Source: Puccinia triticina (taxonomy: Eukaryota). From it: a stretch of DNA of 64,000 bases. Every line of letters begins with the position of its first letter. Position 1 is the stretch's first letter. Location of the stretch: assembly GCA_026914245.1 (NCBI GenBank), contig CP110439.1, forward strand, positions 7,192,001-7,256,000, read 5' to 3'. Shown here piece by piece: positions 37,814-51,047 of this stretch. The notes under the pieces are model-generated. The model saw nothing but the letters and a program-made list of their open reading frames with translations, had not been told where the DNA came from and ran no database searches. The translations under genes and the position numbers were made by a program.

Positions 37814-39101
37814 ACTGATGATGTGCCAGCACTAACAGTTGCACCATCAGCTTGAATTCATACAGAAACTATCTGATGCGAATCTGACTAGAGCCAACGA
37901 TCATCGATGTATGGATTAAAGAGTTAAAAAAAAACCATTAGCCCGATCACTTCTTAACTCAGAAGTCTGTTTAAACACCCAGCAAGCCCATAGACATGTA
38001 GTTACAGGCTGAAGGTATTCGATTCTGACAGGCTCTTTTCTTTTAGCGGGATAGCTTAAATTGATTCTCACCCAGTGTACACATCTACAATTCATCCGAG
38101 AGCACTTAAGGGTGTGAGTGGTGTGAGATTGTAAGGATAGACTCTAAGATCCTCATCACCCAACCTTGTTTTTTGTTACAACATTCTATAATTATTTGAT
38201 GAGGATATGGGCGAAGCAAATTTAAAATAGTAACAAACTTCATATCGAAAAACTTCAGCATCTCACAATCCGCTCCACCCTTCTCATTGGAAAGAGCGCC
38301 ATACTAAATATTATTTGTTGGTTGGCGAGCGAGTTGGGCTGTTTCCCCGGGCTCTTCAGCTTTTCAATCATTGGCGGTCCGGGCTCTGCTGGGCTTGCAG
38401 CTGGAAGCTGGTGCAGCTTCGTTGGCCATCGGCGGCTTCTCCCTGACGCGAAGCCTGACATCGTAAGCTCGGCTTCTCTCCTCCCAAGAGTTTCTTCCTG
38501 AGGCCTCCACTGATTCCCTTCTCTTCTCATCGTCCTCCTCCTCCTCCTCCTCCTGCTCCTCCTGCTCGCCCCCGTATGGCCGTTCAAACTCGTCGAACCA
38601 GCCAGCTCCGGCGTTCCAGGCCCCTCCCCAGTCAGCTCACCCGGCCAGAAGAACTCTCGGCCAGAAGTCCCAGACGTCCCCTCTCCACCAAGCCTATCCG
38701 AGACTCTCCCAACAGCGCCGGAAATCTCGAGAAACCTCATCTGATTCGGATCGCTGCCCTTCGCACGCATTCTGTTTGATTCCTCCTCATCTGACCTTCC
38801 CTCTTTCCCTTTGATCAGGCTCTTTTTTTCAAGTAACCCAAAAACATAAATAAATAAACAATAATTTCTCATACACCAATCACACTTCTAAACTTTACTA
38901 CGCTGTTTTCTATCCTCCACTCACTCTACTGTAGTCTCTCTCTCTCTCCCCCGCCGCGATTTATTCTGCTTTTTTTCCCTTGCTAGCCTGCTTTTTTTGT
39001 ATTGGCAACTGTCTTTTTTTCAAACTCCTACCCCTTCTGTCTCTCCCCCTCCTTTTCTCCCTCTCCCTTCCCTCTGGAGGGAGTCCCCCTTGTTTTGAGC
39101 G

Positions 39102-41127
39102 ATGATCCTCATCTCACCCACTCGGACCCTGCCCTCCCCCCGTCCGATCGATACCGATCCGATACTAAACTACCGTCACATCCAACCAGCCGCCGCTGCA
39201 GCCGCTGTCGGCCCCTGGCTTGGCCAGCACCAGCACGCCTCGTCTCCACCCGCATCCTCTGGTAGTATAACAGCCTCAGCAGCAGTCCACTCGCCGCCAG
39301 AGCCCTCTGCATCCCCTGCTCGTTCCGTTGTTTCCAGCGGCTCCTGTCTTCTTGATCCCCAGCCTGTCCCGTACATGCAGATACCCCCCTCCAGCTCGCC
39401 CCCGCCCATCGCCATGCTGCCCCAGGCCGCCTCTGATGATGACTCGAGCACGGCCGACGAGGAAAAGCCGTCCGTCAAACCTTCTAATGCCTCCCTCACC
39501 CCCACCAACAACAGCACCAACACCAGCACCAGCACCAGCACCACCACCACCACCGACGCCCCCCCTCATCAGCTCGACTCCCACCCTCCCTCGGCCAGTC
39601 TCTACGACCTGCCCACCTCTTCCTCAGCACCGGCCACTTCCTCCTCTTCCTCCCCGTTTCCTTCGAATGTTCCTGCCCATCAACAGGCTTCATATTCATT
39701 ATCCCCACATCCCCATCAGCATGAGCAGCCCCATCCTCAGCCGCATCCCCATCATCACAACCAGTTCTACCAGCCCTCCCCCCCACCTCTCCATTCTCCC
39801 CTCCTTCCAGTCCATCCCCACCAGCATCATTTCGACCAGCGCCCTCACTCGAGCTACCTTGCCCCGCATCAGCATTACCATCCAAGGCCTCAGTCAGCCC
39901 CTCATTCCACCTCCCAGTTCTCACTCGATCCTCAAGTCCTGGCCGCCGCTGCAGCCAACGTCGAGGTCAAAAAATGGGATGAGGAAAACACCTACTACTA
40001 CCAGGTCGCCCATAAAGGTGTAACCGTTGGCAGACTGAAGGGTAAGTAGGCAGCCACTTTCGACTCGCTGCAGTCCATGCCGCCTTGTACTGGAACTGAG
40101 AAAAAGTCACCTACATGCATGAACCCCAGCCAGCCACTGCGCTTTTTGACTTACTAATCACTCCGACCTGTTTTTTTTTTTTTTTTTCATATTGACCCCC
40201 ACAGGCTCAGGACTAGTGAATGGGACCAAGCTTCTCAACCTGGCTGGGATTAGCCGTGGGAAGCGAGACGGCATATTGAAGAATGAGAAAATGCGCAAGG
40301 TCGTCAAACATGGCACAATGCATTTGAAGGGTGTCTGGTTAGGCCGATCACTAATCTCAATGCCAATCCTCCCAGGAGATCCCTTGAGTGTGAACTGACT
40401 CTTTGTGGCCCCCCGGCCGACCGACGTGTTCACTCGCAGGATCGCATTCGACAGGGCTGTTTTCCTTGCCGAGCAGCATCACATCGCCGACAAGATATTC
40501 CCCCTCTTGGTCGTCAATCTGGAGCACTATGTGCCGATCGAGCCCTCCATCATGGGCACCGGGTCCAAGATCGGGCCCGGCTCACTCTTCCATCCCCGCC
40601 ATCCCCGGCTACTACCCCAGCCGATAAAGTTCCCTCCTTCTGCAATCAGCCTTGCCCCGGCGAGCGCCAATAGTTTCTCGTCCACCGGCGGATGGCCGAG
40701 CGGTCCATCTTCAGCGCTGCCCTCAATAGGCTATAGTGAACCGTTTTCCGCCCCACCGGTCCCTCGAAGCGCCCCAACCGCCGACACTTCGCCCTCGGTC
40801 TATGAACAAGCTCAGTACCAATATCTGAACTCTGGCCAGGCAAATAATTCAGTAAGTGTTCCATTCACCGCAATCCCACTAGATATATTATATACGCAAA
40901 ACTCAGCTTCTTGGACCCACTTGTTGTAGGACTTGTTGGAGCGGCGACATACTATCCCCAACAACAGTTTCCACGGATACAATTCAGTGCCTTCATTTGG
41001 ATCGTCACCGGCCCAAGTGTCGTATCCATTTCACTACAACTCGACCCAGATGGCCGGATACCCTCCCCGTTCAGCGAACTCGGAATCGACGTCGCCTGGC
41101 CAGTTTGCACCTGCGAACGACCTCTAA
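39102..41127 (+). CDS. stuA: APSES-domain transcription factor, StuA/Efg1/Sok2 clade; exons 39102-40041, 40205-40337, 40440-40851, 40930-41127
   Basis: The spliced domain reads [82 protein letters not shown], a canonical APSES signature. Flanks are P/S/H/Q-rich. Confidence 0.92.
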
Positions 41128-42780
41128 GTTGCTATTTCGAGGGCCCGGATTGAGAGTGTCTTTGGAGGGGCCTTTTTTGTTCCGCGGATTCCATGGATTC
41201 CACCTAACTTGGATCTGGATTCAACGGAATTTGGGTCGCGCACCTCTCCCAATCGCCCCCAACACACCCCAAATCTCCTCCCCGCCGGTTTCTCCTCTCC
41301 GAGCTTTACAATATATAAGGGTACCATCATAATACAACCATGGGCCTCCTTGTATAAGAGTCTTTTTTTCTTCTTTTCACTCATTTTCCCTTCCCCTTCG
41401 CTCACCGTTACACTAGAACGATCCTCGGCAGCATCAGGTTCTATCGGGCAAAAAAATTGTGTTGGCCGATGAACAATATCGATACACGGCTTGCTCCTCG
41501 CTTTCGGATGTCGTACATACTCACCACTCTGTCACCTCAACCTTGGTGTGAATTTTTCCAGCCAATGTTCTCATTTTGTCTTTGTCTACTTGTACCGTCA
41601 AATGTTTGAAGAGAAAAAAAAGAAAAATTCTGCACTCATCAAATGTTGATTATGCCAGCAAAAGACCACTGAAGGGCAAATGAATCACAGCACAAGCAAA
41701 ATCAACCTGAGTCTGGGCATGCGCCAGTGAGAGGAGAGAAAGGAGAGAGGCAAGAGCCAAGCAAACAAGAAAAAGACGGAATAAAAGGAATGCACATCAC
41801 GAGAGCAAACAAGATCTAAGCAAACAGAGAACAAATTGATCTGATCAGTACACTCAACCAGAGTTTGTTTTGCCTTGGCTTCCTTCCTGGCTAAGTGAAA
41901 TCCGCTGGAAATGCAATGCTTTGAGAACAACACTGGTTTGAATTTTTAAGCTGTTGCCAATTTTTGATCAAGCTTCCAGATCCACTACAGTCCCCTTTTT
42001 CAAGGAGTCAATTGCCTTGAGCTTATCTAAGACTCTCTACCTGTAAAGTCAGAGCCTGACAAGATTGAGATTTTCATGATATTTCAACATCATGTAGCAC
42101 TTACACCTCAGCATCTTAAAGAAAAGGAAATTGGAAGAGGTTTAGTCTACCTTCTTGCCTATCCTTCAACAAAAAACATTGGTTCCAGAAGGCCATGTTT
42201 CAACGTTTAAGTCTGAGTGTTGTGAAAGGGGGTGATAGTGGCCTGCCCCCACAACCAATCAGTAATGCTTGTGTCAGATGATTGGCCCATGGCCAAATTC
42301 ACAAGAGGTTTTGAACAGATTGACGTTTTTTTATACAATTTGAACAGTGTACAGTGGGTCATCTAAAGTTTTGGCTCCACATTTTTCAATGCAGAAGCTC
42401 AGGCCACAGACTTTGAGTCATGAGATTGGCTACAAGTTTCTTGAACTGTTACATCTACAGTGGGTCATCTGAAGGTTTTTGGCTCCACATTTTTCAATGC
42501 AGAAGCTCAGGCCACAGACTTTAAGTCATGAGATTGGCTACGTCAGGGGTGGAAAATAAGTCCCCAAGATGATTAAAAAAGTCAAAATAAAAAAATGAAA
42601 AATGTGGAAGTTTTCTAATTTCTTGCAAACTTCTCAGAATGTTCATTAATGTTCAAACCAAGGGAAACTTGGCGAGCACAGTATGGCATGCAAGAAGAAT
42701 GAAAAAAAAAAAATGAAAAAAAAACTGAAACAATTGCCAACAGTTTTTGTTAAGTTAGCCAACCTGTGTTTCCTATCTTA

Positions 42781-44470
42781 GGGCCTGTACCATAGCAGGT
42801 TAAAAAACTGTTTTTCCCGCAGAAATCATTTTTTTGCACAAAAAACAGTTTTCCCAAAAAATCGTGTGTTAAGAATCAAACTGAGGTATTTGCAAAGTTA
42901 GAACAAGAAAACAAAAAGAATTTTGAGAGAAAGGAAAATACCTTAAGGCAAACACAACACAGAAGAGCACGAAAAAACAAAGAGATGACACAGAGGAGAA
43001 AGAAAGAGCAGACTAAAGAAGAACAATGTTAATAGGGTCAACTGATAAGAGAAAGAGAAAACACGACATACAACCAGGAGCAAGCTTGGGCGGAGGAAGC
43101 GAGTGAGCTTGAAGCTTTGATGGGATTGAAGACCAATTTGGGGGATGTCTTTGGGAGGAACAAAACAGTCAGAGAGTTGAAAAGGATCCAAGACTGTTAA
43201 CGCAATGTGTCAAGTGATGATTTGAGTGAGTTCCCCGAGGAAAGAGGAAAGAGACAAGATTCTGCGAGTTTAAGTATGTTGAATGGGCAAGGTTTGCTGA
43301 TGAGAAAGTTTAGTCAAAAAAAGTTCAGGTTACCAAGAAGGGAGATGAGCAGAGCAAATTGAGTTGTCCAAAAGCGTGATGAGCGGAGCAAATTGAGTTG
43401 TCCAAAAGCGTGATGAGCGGAGCAAATTGATTTGTCCAAAAGCGTGAGATGAGCGACTGGAGGAAAAAAAATAGAGAAAGCCAGAGATGAATGTGATGTG
43501 TGACAGATCACATGACATGTTCATTACAGGCGGCAATACCTCAAGTTGAGACGAGGGCTTGACTCTCAACAACGTGTACCACAGCGCCTGTTTTTTGGGA
43601 CATCCAGAAAACAGTTTTCATCAAATATGGTTGATTTTCAAAAACAGGTCCGACCCTGTTTTTCAAGACTGTTTTTCCTGCCCCATCACCCTCCATCACC
43701 TCATTACTCCAAGACCAGAGCAGTCCAGCAATCAATCATCTTGCTGTCTTGGAGGACTCCTCCCTCCCCTTGGGATAATCTATATAGCATAGAACTGGAT
43801 CAGTCCAAGGAAAACAAATGGAGCTCGCTAAAATTGAATTAGGCCAAGGAAAAAAGAGTCCTTCATCTCTCCTCTTTTCCCTTGGACCGGTCTTCTCCCT
43901 CTTCCCACTCGGACAGCTCCATACTATTGTTCCAAGAGGAATTCTCCTTTCTTTCCAAACAGAAGTTGATTGATCCAAGAGAAAAAAAGGAACTCAACTG
44001 TTCCTAGAGGAACAAGAAATATTTTACCATAGGAAGGAGGAGGGAACCTTGGATCCCTCCTCCTTCCCTCCCCTTGGACATATGTATACAGCTAAATCAA
44101 TCCAACAACAGGAGGTGGGATTTCCTCTTGGACTGGAGGAGTGATTGCAGGCCTCCTCCCTCTTGGACCGGTCTGAAGATTTGCCAGGGTACCAATGATG
44201 ATCCAAGGTGTTCATGAGTTGGGAAAGCACCACAATGACCCCTTCCCTACTCATGAAGATTTGCGAGTGTACCAAAGATTGTCTTTGGGTGTTATGATGA
44301 TCAAGAGTGATTGTGGCGAGGCAGTGCAGATGTGGAATCTGAAATGATGGTTGTGGGACACATTACTGAAATGTGTTTTCCCAAATGTGAGTTTTTTGAA
44401 AAAACAGAAAAGTGCAAAAAAAAAATGATTTCTCTGCGCAAGAAAAACAGAATTTATATGGTACAGGCCC
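42781..44470. mobile_element. PIF/Harbinger non-autonomous element
   Basis: TIR gggcctgtaccata / tatggtacaggccc and a TTA TSD. Confidence 0.8.
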
Positions 44471-44866
44471 TTAGTCTCTTTTTCTCTATACATGTATTTG
44501 GAAAGACCATGTCACATTCATTAGGGGGTATCAAATATGACCAAATCCACTATTACCTAATCAACAGGTCTCACACAATCCTTGATTGCAAAATCCTCAA
44601 TTGCAACAGTAAAAATAGGTTCTTTTTTGGCCAGGGCGTCTCAAATATAAGACAAAAAAATACCTGCTCTCAAAAAAATACATCTGATTTTAAAGTATTA
44701 ATCAAATCATCCCAGCCAAATATCATCCACACAACAGCCTCAACCACCCTGACTTCATTTGATTCTGTTTTGTCAAGGTAAGTTTTACCTCCACTTCCAT
44801 TCAAATTATACTTATAGATTTGATCCCATTGATCTATTTCTCATCCTTCTTCATCATCCCAACAGA

Positions 44867-45597
44867 ATGGCTCAAAACAAATTTTTGGCAGGGAAGAAAC
44901 CAACACAGAAGGAATCAAGGCCCTTCCTTAAGAACCAATTACCGAAGAACAATTCAGGAGAGGTGGACAAAATCACTACTACAGAAGCTCATCTGAAGCA
45001 AGAAGATTATCTTATCATCATCAACTGGCTCAGAGACAGGAAAAACTACATAGCTTGTTTTGGAGACAACAAGGCCCTTATAGTTGGACAACCAGTTAAA
45101 GGGAAGATCAATGGTTACAAGTTAATGGCTATCAACCTTTGCAATCAGTCTTCCTCAAAAATCAATCTCACACCTTGACAAATGAAAGATTGATTCATGT
45201 CTTACCGGAAAAAATACAAGAAGGCTCATACACAATTGCTTCCTACTAGATTTGGTCTTGCCCCCAACAATCAACAAGCTGGAATCAGTACAATTGCTGA
45301 GAAGCTCAACAGCATGTGTGCCCTTTATGCTGAAATGGACAACTTATTTGTTGATTGTCCAGATGTGAATCCTTGGTGTTGGAAAGATGCAGAGGATTCA
45401 AGTCATTCTTCTGAGGATCATTCAGATGACAAAAATCAAGACGGCTCCAATGGCTCCGATGAAGAGAAGGAATCAAACTCCTCTGTGATTGATCCTTTGT
45501 TGAGAAGTCCAAAGAAGCATCAAAAAAATGGAACCAAACCAACCTCCAATGATGATAGCTCAATTGAGTACATTGAGGAGAATCGAATGAATGTAAG
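44867..45597 (+). pseudogene. Decayed TE-associated (Harbinger accessory / Myb-SANT-like) protein
   Basis: EDYLIIINWLRDRKNYIACFG...QMKD*FMSYRKKYKKAH..FGL..GISTIAEKLNSMC with in-frame stops. The family is recalled from rust repeats and is not verified. Confidence 0.5.
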
Positions 45598-45969
45598 CAA
45601 CGGTGAAACAGATACTATACAATACAGTATCTTCAGATACTTGTGTATTGTATCTATTGAAAAATACAAAATTGTAAATACAAATGTATTGTATCTACCT
45701 GAAGATACAATACCATAGTATTGTATCAATAAATTATTAAAACTTGATTTTCTTGTTTTTGGCCACTGTGGACTGTATACAGAAAAACTATCAAAAAACG
45801 TAAAAATACAGTATCTTGTATTGGGCTGTATTTGCAACAAGATACCAAAGTTTGAATACATTTGTATAGTATTGGTCTTTGAATACAATACAAATAAATA
45901 GTATTGGGTGCAAAACAGATACAAATACAGGCAGATACAGATACATGTATTGTATTTGTTTCACCATTG
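45598..45969. mobile_element. MITE with CAA..TTG ends and 7-bp TSD
   Basis: TIR caacggtgaaaca / tgtttcaccattg, TSD atgtaag, gatac/gtatc repeats. Confidence 0.85.
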
Positions 45970-46822
45970 ATGTAAGTACACCTAGATCATTCATACAAAT
46001 CATTGTGTTTCATAACTAAACTGAATACAAATTGAAATTCTTAGAGCCAACATTCAGATCATTCAAAAAAAAATCAAGGAGATCCAAAAGCTGTGGCAAG
46101 ATTAGATGTACGTTTTTAATTGGAATCAAATTCATCAAAATAATGTTTACTTATACATGCTCCTGTCCAGCTTGCCAAGAAATTGTTTGTTCTTAGTCTA
46201 CCTGAGACAGAGCATGTGGGAGGTTTCCTTTCCTCATACTTTCACAACCATATCCACTTGTCCCCACCTTGTGTCCACTGATCTCAGGTAGAGTCCTCTG
46301 TTTCTCTCTCTTTCTTTCTTTGTTCTTTTCTTTCTTTACTTTTGCTCTTCCTGTTGCTGATATCTGTGTAATGAATCATCCTTCCAAAACCATCTCCACT
46401 TGTCCCCACCTTGTTTCTGCTGATTTGGGTGGATGGGTTATCCACCAATTTCAAACTGAACTCAGGGACTGCAGCCCAAATCACCACCAATTTGACTCAA
46501 TCAATCCAATAAAAATCATTCAAAATGATTTCAAAAATTGTCATTTTTTCTCATTCATGTTGAATGCCATACTGTCCTCTCCAATTTTCCCTCCTTGGAT
46601 TGAACAGTAATGAACATTCTGAGAAATTTGCAAGAAATTAGAAAATTTCCACATTTTCCATTTTTTTATTTCATAATCATTCTTGAGAACTTATTTTCCA
46701 ACCCTGTAGCCAATCTCATGACTTGAAGTCTGTTGCCTGAGCTTCTGCATTGAAAAATGTGGAGCCAAAATTTTTAGATGACCCACTGTAGATTTAACAG
46801 TTCAAGAAACATTTTGCCAAGT

Positions 46823-47135
46823 TAGGGATTGTTGATCTAGACCCTGGTACCAACTGGTACCTGGGTACCCCCGTGTTTTTCGGCCCAAATTGGGTACCTA
46901 GTACCGCACCCGGTACCGCCTGGCGGGTGCGAGGGGGGTGCAAGCGGTACCCCCCGAGCGGTACTTGATACCCACCACGGGGGGTATTTGTGGGCGGTAC
47001 AAGGGTACCACACCGCTTTTGGGCCAAACCCAAGTACCTAACACCACACACGGCACCGCTGCGCGGGTGCAAGGTGGGTGCGAGCGGTACCTGCCAAGCG
47101 GTACTAGGTACCACGGGTACCAATCAACAATCCCT
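46823..47135. mobile_element. hAT-like MITE (ggtacc-rich)
   Basis: TIR tagggattgttgat / atcaacaatcccta and an imperfect 8-bp TSD tgccaagt / tgctgagt. Confidence 0.7.
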
Positions 47136-47670
47136 ATGCTGAGTGTTGTCAGATGGGGCACAGAGGATGGCTCAAAGCCTAATGTTCTGGCTCCAGCTGT
47201 TGTTTCGCTAGCACAAAAGAGGCAGAAGGCAGTCCAAGTATCTCTGGTCAGTAGCTATGTACAAGCTTTCAGGGGAGAGAAGGTCCATTTATAGAGTTGA
47301 GGGAACAATAGGAATGGGAGAGAAGGGGAGGTATCGAGAGGAAGTGATCAGTCCTATCAGATGGCACGCGCGAGATAAATGTGAGGGTTATACAATGGAA
47401 TGACTGGGCTTAGAGAAGTCCGATCCCAAGTTTAGTAATCTGATCATCCATAGTGAGGATAGATAAGAGAAGCAAACTTCTATGCTTAGTGGCCGTGAAC
47501 AGTGAATACAAGGAGACTAGGGAACTCGCGGCTGCGCCGCGGAAAATGAAATTGGATACAACTTTTGAAATACCAGATCTTGCACCTCTGGCTTGAGAAA
47601 CAATTAACAACACTAACTCAACAGTTTTTTTGTTTGCAATTATCATTGCGACAAATGATGTGAAAGCTTA

Positions 47671-48819
47671 GAGCATCCACCACCGTCTAGGTAAATCTTT
47701 AGGTAGCCAGCGAGTCCCGCGAGGCTCGGTAGCTTACCTAAAGAAATATTCCACCCTCGCCAGCCGGTATCGGCTCGATAGCTAACACATATTTACATAC
47801 CGAGCCTGCCACCACCCTCGTCCCCATCCGCACCCCTCGGTAACATAACACTTCCCTCAAAAATGGATCCCGACAACCACCTTTTTCATTACCTCTGGGA
47901 CCTTGAGGAGGAAGAATGTTGGTCACATCAATGACCAATCATCCTATCGGTCACATCGATGACCGGTCATCCTATTGGTCACATCGATGACCGGTCATCC
48001 TATCGGTCACATCGATGACCGGACATCCTATCGGTCACATTGATGACCGGTCATCCTACATATAGGTCACATCGATGACCGGTCATCCTATTGATGATTG
48101 GTCATCCTAGTAATGTCTATGTATGACTGGTCTATCAATGACCGGTCATCGTATTGATGCCCGGTCTATCAATGACCGGTCATCGTAATATTCGTTTTGA
48201 TGCCCGGTCTATCAATGACCGGTCATCGTATTGATGCCCGGTCTATCAATGACCGGTCATCATATTGATGACCGGTTATCGTATGGATGCCCGGTCTATC
48301 AATGACCGGACATCCTATTGATACCCGGTCTATCGATGACCAGTTGGTCTGGGTCATCGTATCAATGACCGACCGGTCTATTAATGACCGGTCATTGTAT
48401 CAATAACCGACCGGTCTATTGATGACCGGTCATCGTATCAACAACGGTTATGGTATGGCCGGTCTATCAATGACCGTGATGGATGGTTGTTTTGTACATC
48501 TTGGTCTATCAATGACAGGTCATCCTAGTATTGATGGTTGTTTTGTACATTTATTGCTATTTTTTGTTGGTGGAGGCCCGGAGGAGGGGGGTGAGGGAGG
48601 GCGAGGGTTATACATATGTAGCTATGTAGGCTATGTAGGCTCTGCAAAATCTTCCTTACAGAGGCTCTGTAGCCGTTGGTAAATCTAGCGAGCCTTAAAG
48701 ATTTGCCGAACAGCTTTTTAGCTAAAGAGCCCTAAAGAGGGCACGGGGGTAGAAAATGGCTTGCATACTCGGTAAATATGCCTTACCGAGCGGGTTTACA
48801 GAGACGGTGGTGGATGCTC
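47671..48819. mobile_element. PIF/Harbinger non-autonomous element with an internal 27-bp gatgaccggtcatc array
   Basis: TIR gagcatccaccaccgtct / agacggtggtggatgctc and a TTA TSD. Confidence 0.88.
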
Positions 48820-50204
48820 TTATGCCAGTACAATAGCAGCAGCGGCCAAACACTGTTTTCGGCGCCCGCACAGCAGAAAACCGCGGCGTGTGCTTTGAAA
48901 TTCACGCAGCGCAGTGATTTTATTGCGCTTTTGCTGTAAAATAACGCAACAAAAGTGGTGCAGCAATTGGTGGCACATCTCTTCACTTTTCGCAGCTTTT
49001 TGCTGTGAAAAGTGTCTATAGCCCCGCGCGCTGCTGCGCTCTTTTGCGCTGAGTCACTAATTGCTGGAAGTAGTGGTATTGGCGCGGAGTTTTTTTCATC
49101 ATTACAACCACAGACCACGAGAAAAGGCCCCTTTCATCCCATAATTTGATCCAACCCAGCTTTCTCAGAAGAATCTGAGGCTTTTCAGTGCTCAGTGCAA
49201 CAAATTTCCGCGCTGATTTAGTGCTCATTTCATTGATCAAAATGATATTGCTATTTCAGGAAGAGTTTCCGCTTTTCAGCGCCCAGTGCAGCCGGTGTTT
49301 GCCATTTCAGCGCTTAGCACAGCAAAAGAGTGCCACTGATCAGTGATATTAAAGATTTTTTTTTGCTGCTAGAAAAATCAGCAAAAAGTGCAGCAGGCCA
49401 ACCACTTTCAAATGCGCTAGCAAAGCTGGAGGCTTTGGATGAGCAATAAGATTCAGCTATTTAACAATATCTTACATTCCACAAGAATTTCCAAAAACCT
49501 GTTGCCCAAAGTAAAAATTGTACACCCTCTGTTCCAGTCCGAGTCAAGGCTAGGTTGCCCTGTTTCCAACCGTTTCCATGCAGATTCAGTCTATTTGACC
49601 CCTGATGCATCACCAATTCTGGACAATCCAGAGCAGCCTTTGGGAATTGAGCGCAACACCCAATACTTGTCTCTAATGACCATTGAATTAACCCAGCTTT
49701 TGATTTTGGTAAAAGCTGTTCAGTGGGGATTCCTGGTCAAGATAATTTGTCATAGGCCTGTGAAGCAAATATATCATCTTTTTTGTCCCTTCCTGTTCCT
49801 CGCTGCATCAATAAAAAATCAGTCGCTTTGGTTCTGATTATTTGGCTATGGTTATGTAGGCTCACTAAGAATTTGAATGAGTACCTACCAATAAAAGACC
49901 AAGTGATTCAGGTTTGGAAAACTGATTGGGATCAAGCATGCAAGAATCATAATGAACCAGAACAAAAAATGAAGGAAACAACAGAAAAATTACAGGAAGC
50001 AGTAATGAAAAAAAAAACAAGACCAGCATGTTCAGTAATTGGAATTAATTATAGAAAGCATGTCCTGTGAAATCAAAAATATGAGGATGAAGTGTGAAAT
50101 CAATTCTGTTGAAGAGCAGAATTTTTTCCCCTGAGGGCGTGTATCAATTTCTTGGGCATGGGGAAAGCATACACGAGCTGAGCTGCACAAAAATTGCAAA
50201 GCAG

Positions 50205-51047
50205 TAGAAATGGCACTTCGCACCCGGGTACCTGCAACAGGTGCGGGTACCTCCTCAGAAAAACCACACATTCTTGACACCCGCACCCGCACCCGTACCT
50301 GCGGAGGTGGCAGATAGCAGGTACCCGGGTACCTGTAGGAGGTACCTGCAGGTGCAGGGATTTTTTGCTGCCAAGTTCGCCCTCTCGGCGAGCTGGTGTA
50401 TGTATGTATACCAGCTCGCCGAGAGGGCTTCCTCTTGGTGGGCTGGTATACAAACACCAGCTCGCCGAGAGGGCTTCCTCTCGTCGGGCTGGTATACAAA
50501 CACCAGCTCGCCGAGAGGGCTTCCTCTCGGCGTATACACCACCTCGCCGAGAGGGCTTCCTCTCGGCGGGCTGTTGTATTTATTCCGGCTCGCTGAGGCC
50601 CGTCAGGAATCCCTCTCGGCGAGCTGGCGTATTTATTCCAGCTCGGCGAAGCCCGAGAGGAATCCCTCCAGCCCGCCGAGAGGAATTCCTCTTGGCGAGC
50701 TGGTGTATGTGTACCAGCCCGTCGAGAGGAATCCCTCTCGGTGAGCTGGTGTATGCATTGTATACCAGCCCGCCGAGTGGAAGCCCTCTTGGCGAGCTGG
50801 CGTATATGTACCAGCCCGCCGAGAGGAAGCCCTCTCGGCGAGCTGGTGTATGTATTCCAGCTTGCCGAGAGGAAGCCCTCTCGGGAAGCCTCTGGTGATG
50901 TGGGGGGTATATGGCGGGTACCTGTCCCACAAAATGGTGGACACCCGCACCCGCATCCGTATCCGCCGACAGGTACCTGTTGAGGTCCAGCAGGTACCTG
51001 CTGACGGACACCAGGTACCCACAAAGGGGTACCTGGTGCCATCTCTA
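50205..51047. mobile_element. hAT non-autonomous element (TAGAGATGGC family) with palindromic arrays
   Basis: TIR tagaaatggcac / gtgccatctcta and an 8-bp TSD caaagcag / ccaagcag. Confidence 0.85.

Larger units (their letters stand above)
42350..46810. mobile_element. Large composite TIR element with ~200-bp inverted ends (cagtgggtcatc.. / ..gatgacccactg)
   Basis: 42437-42650 is the reverse complement of 46610-46810, and the left end unit is tandemly duplicated. Exact termini and superfamily are unresolved. Confidence 0.55.

Noticed and set aside
39176..39924. Antisense and alternate-frame ORFs over stuA exon 1
   Set aside because: Shadows of low-complexity coding sequence.
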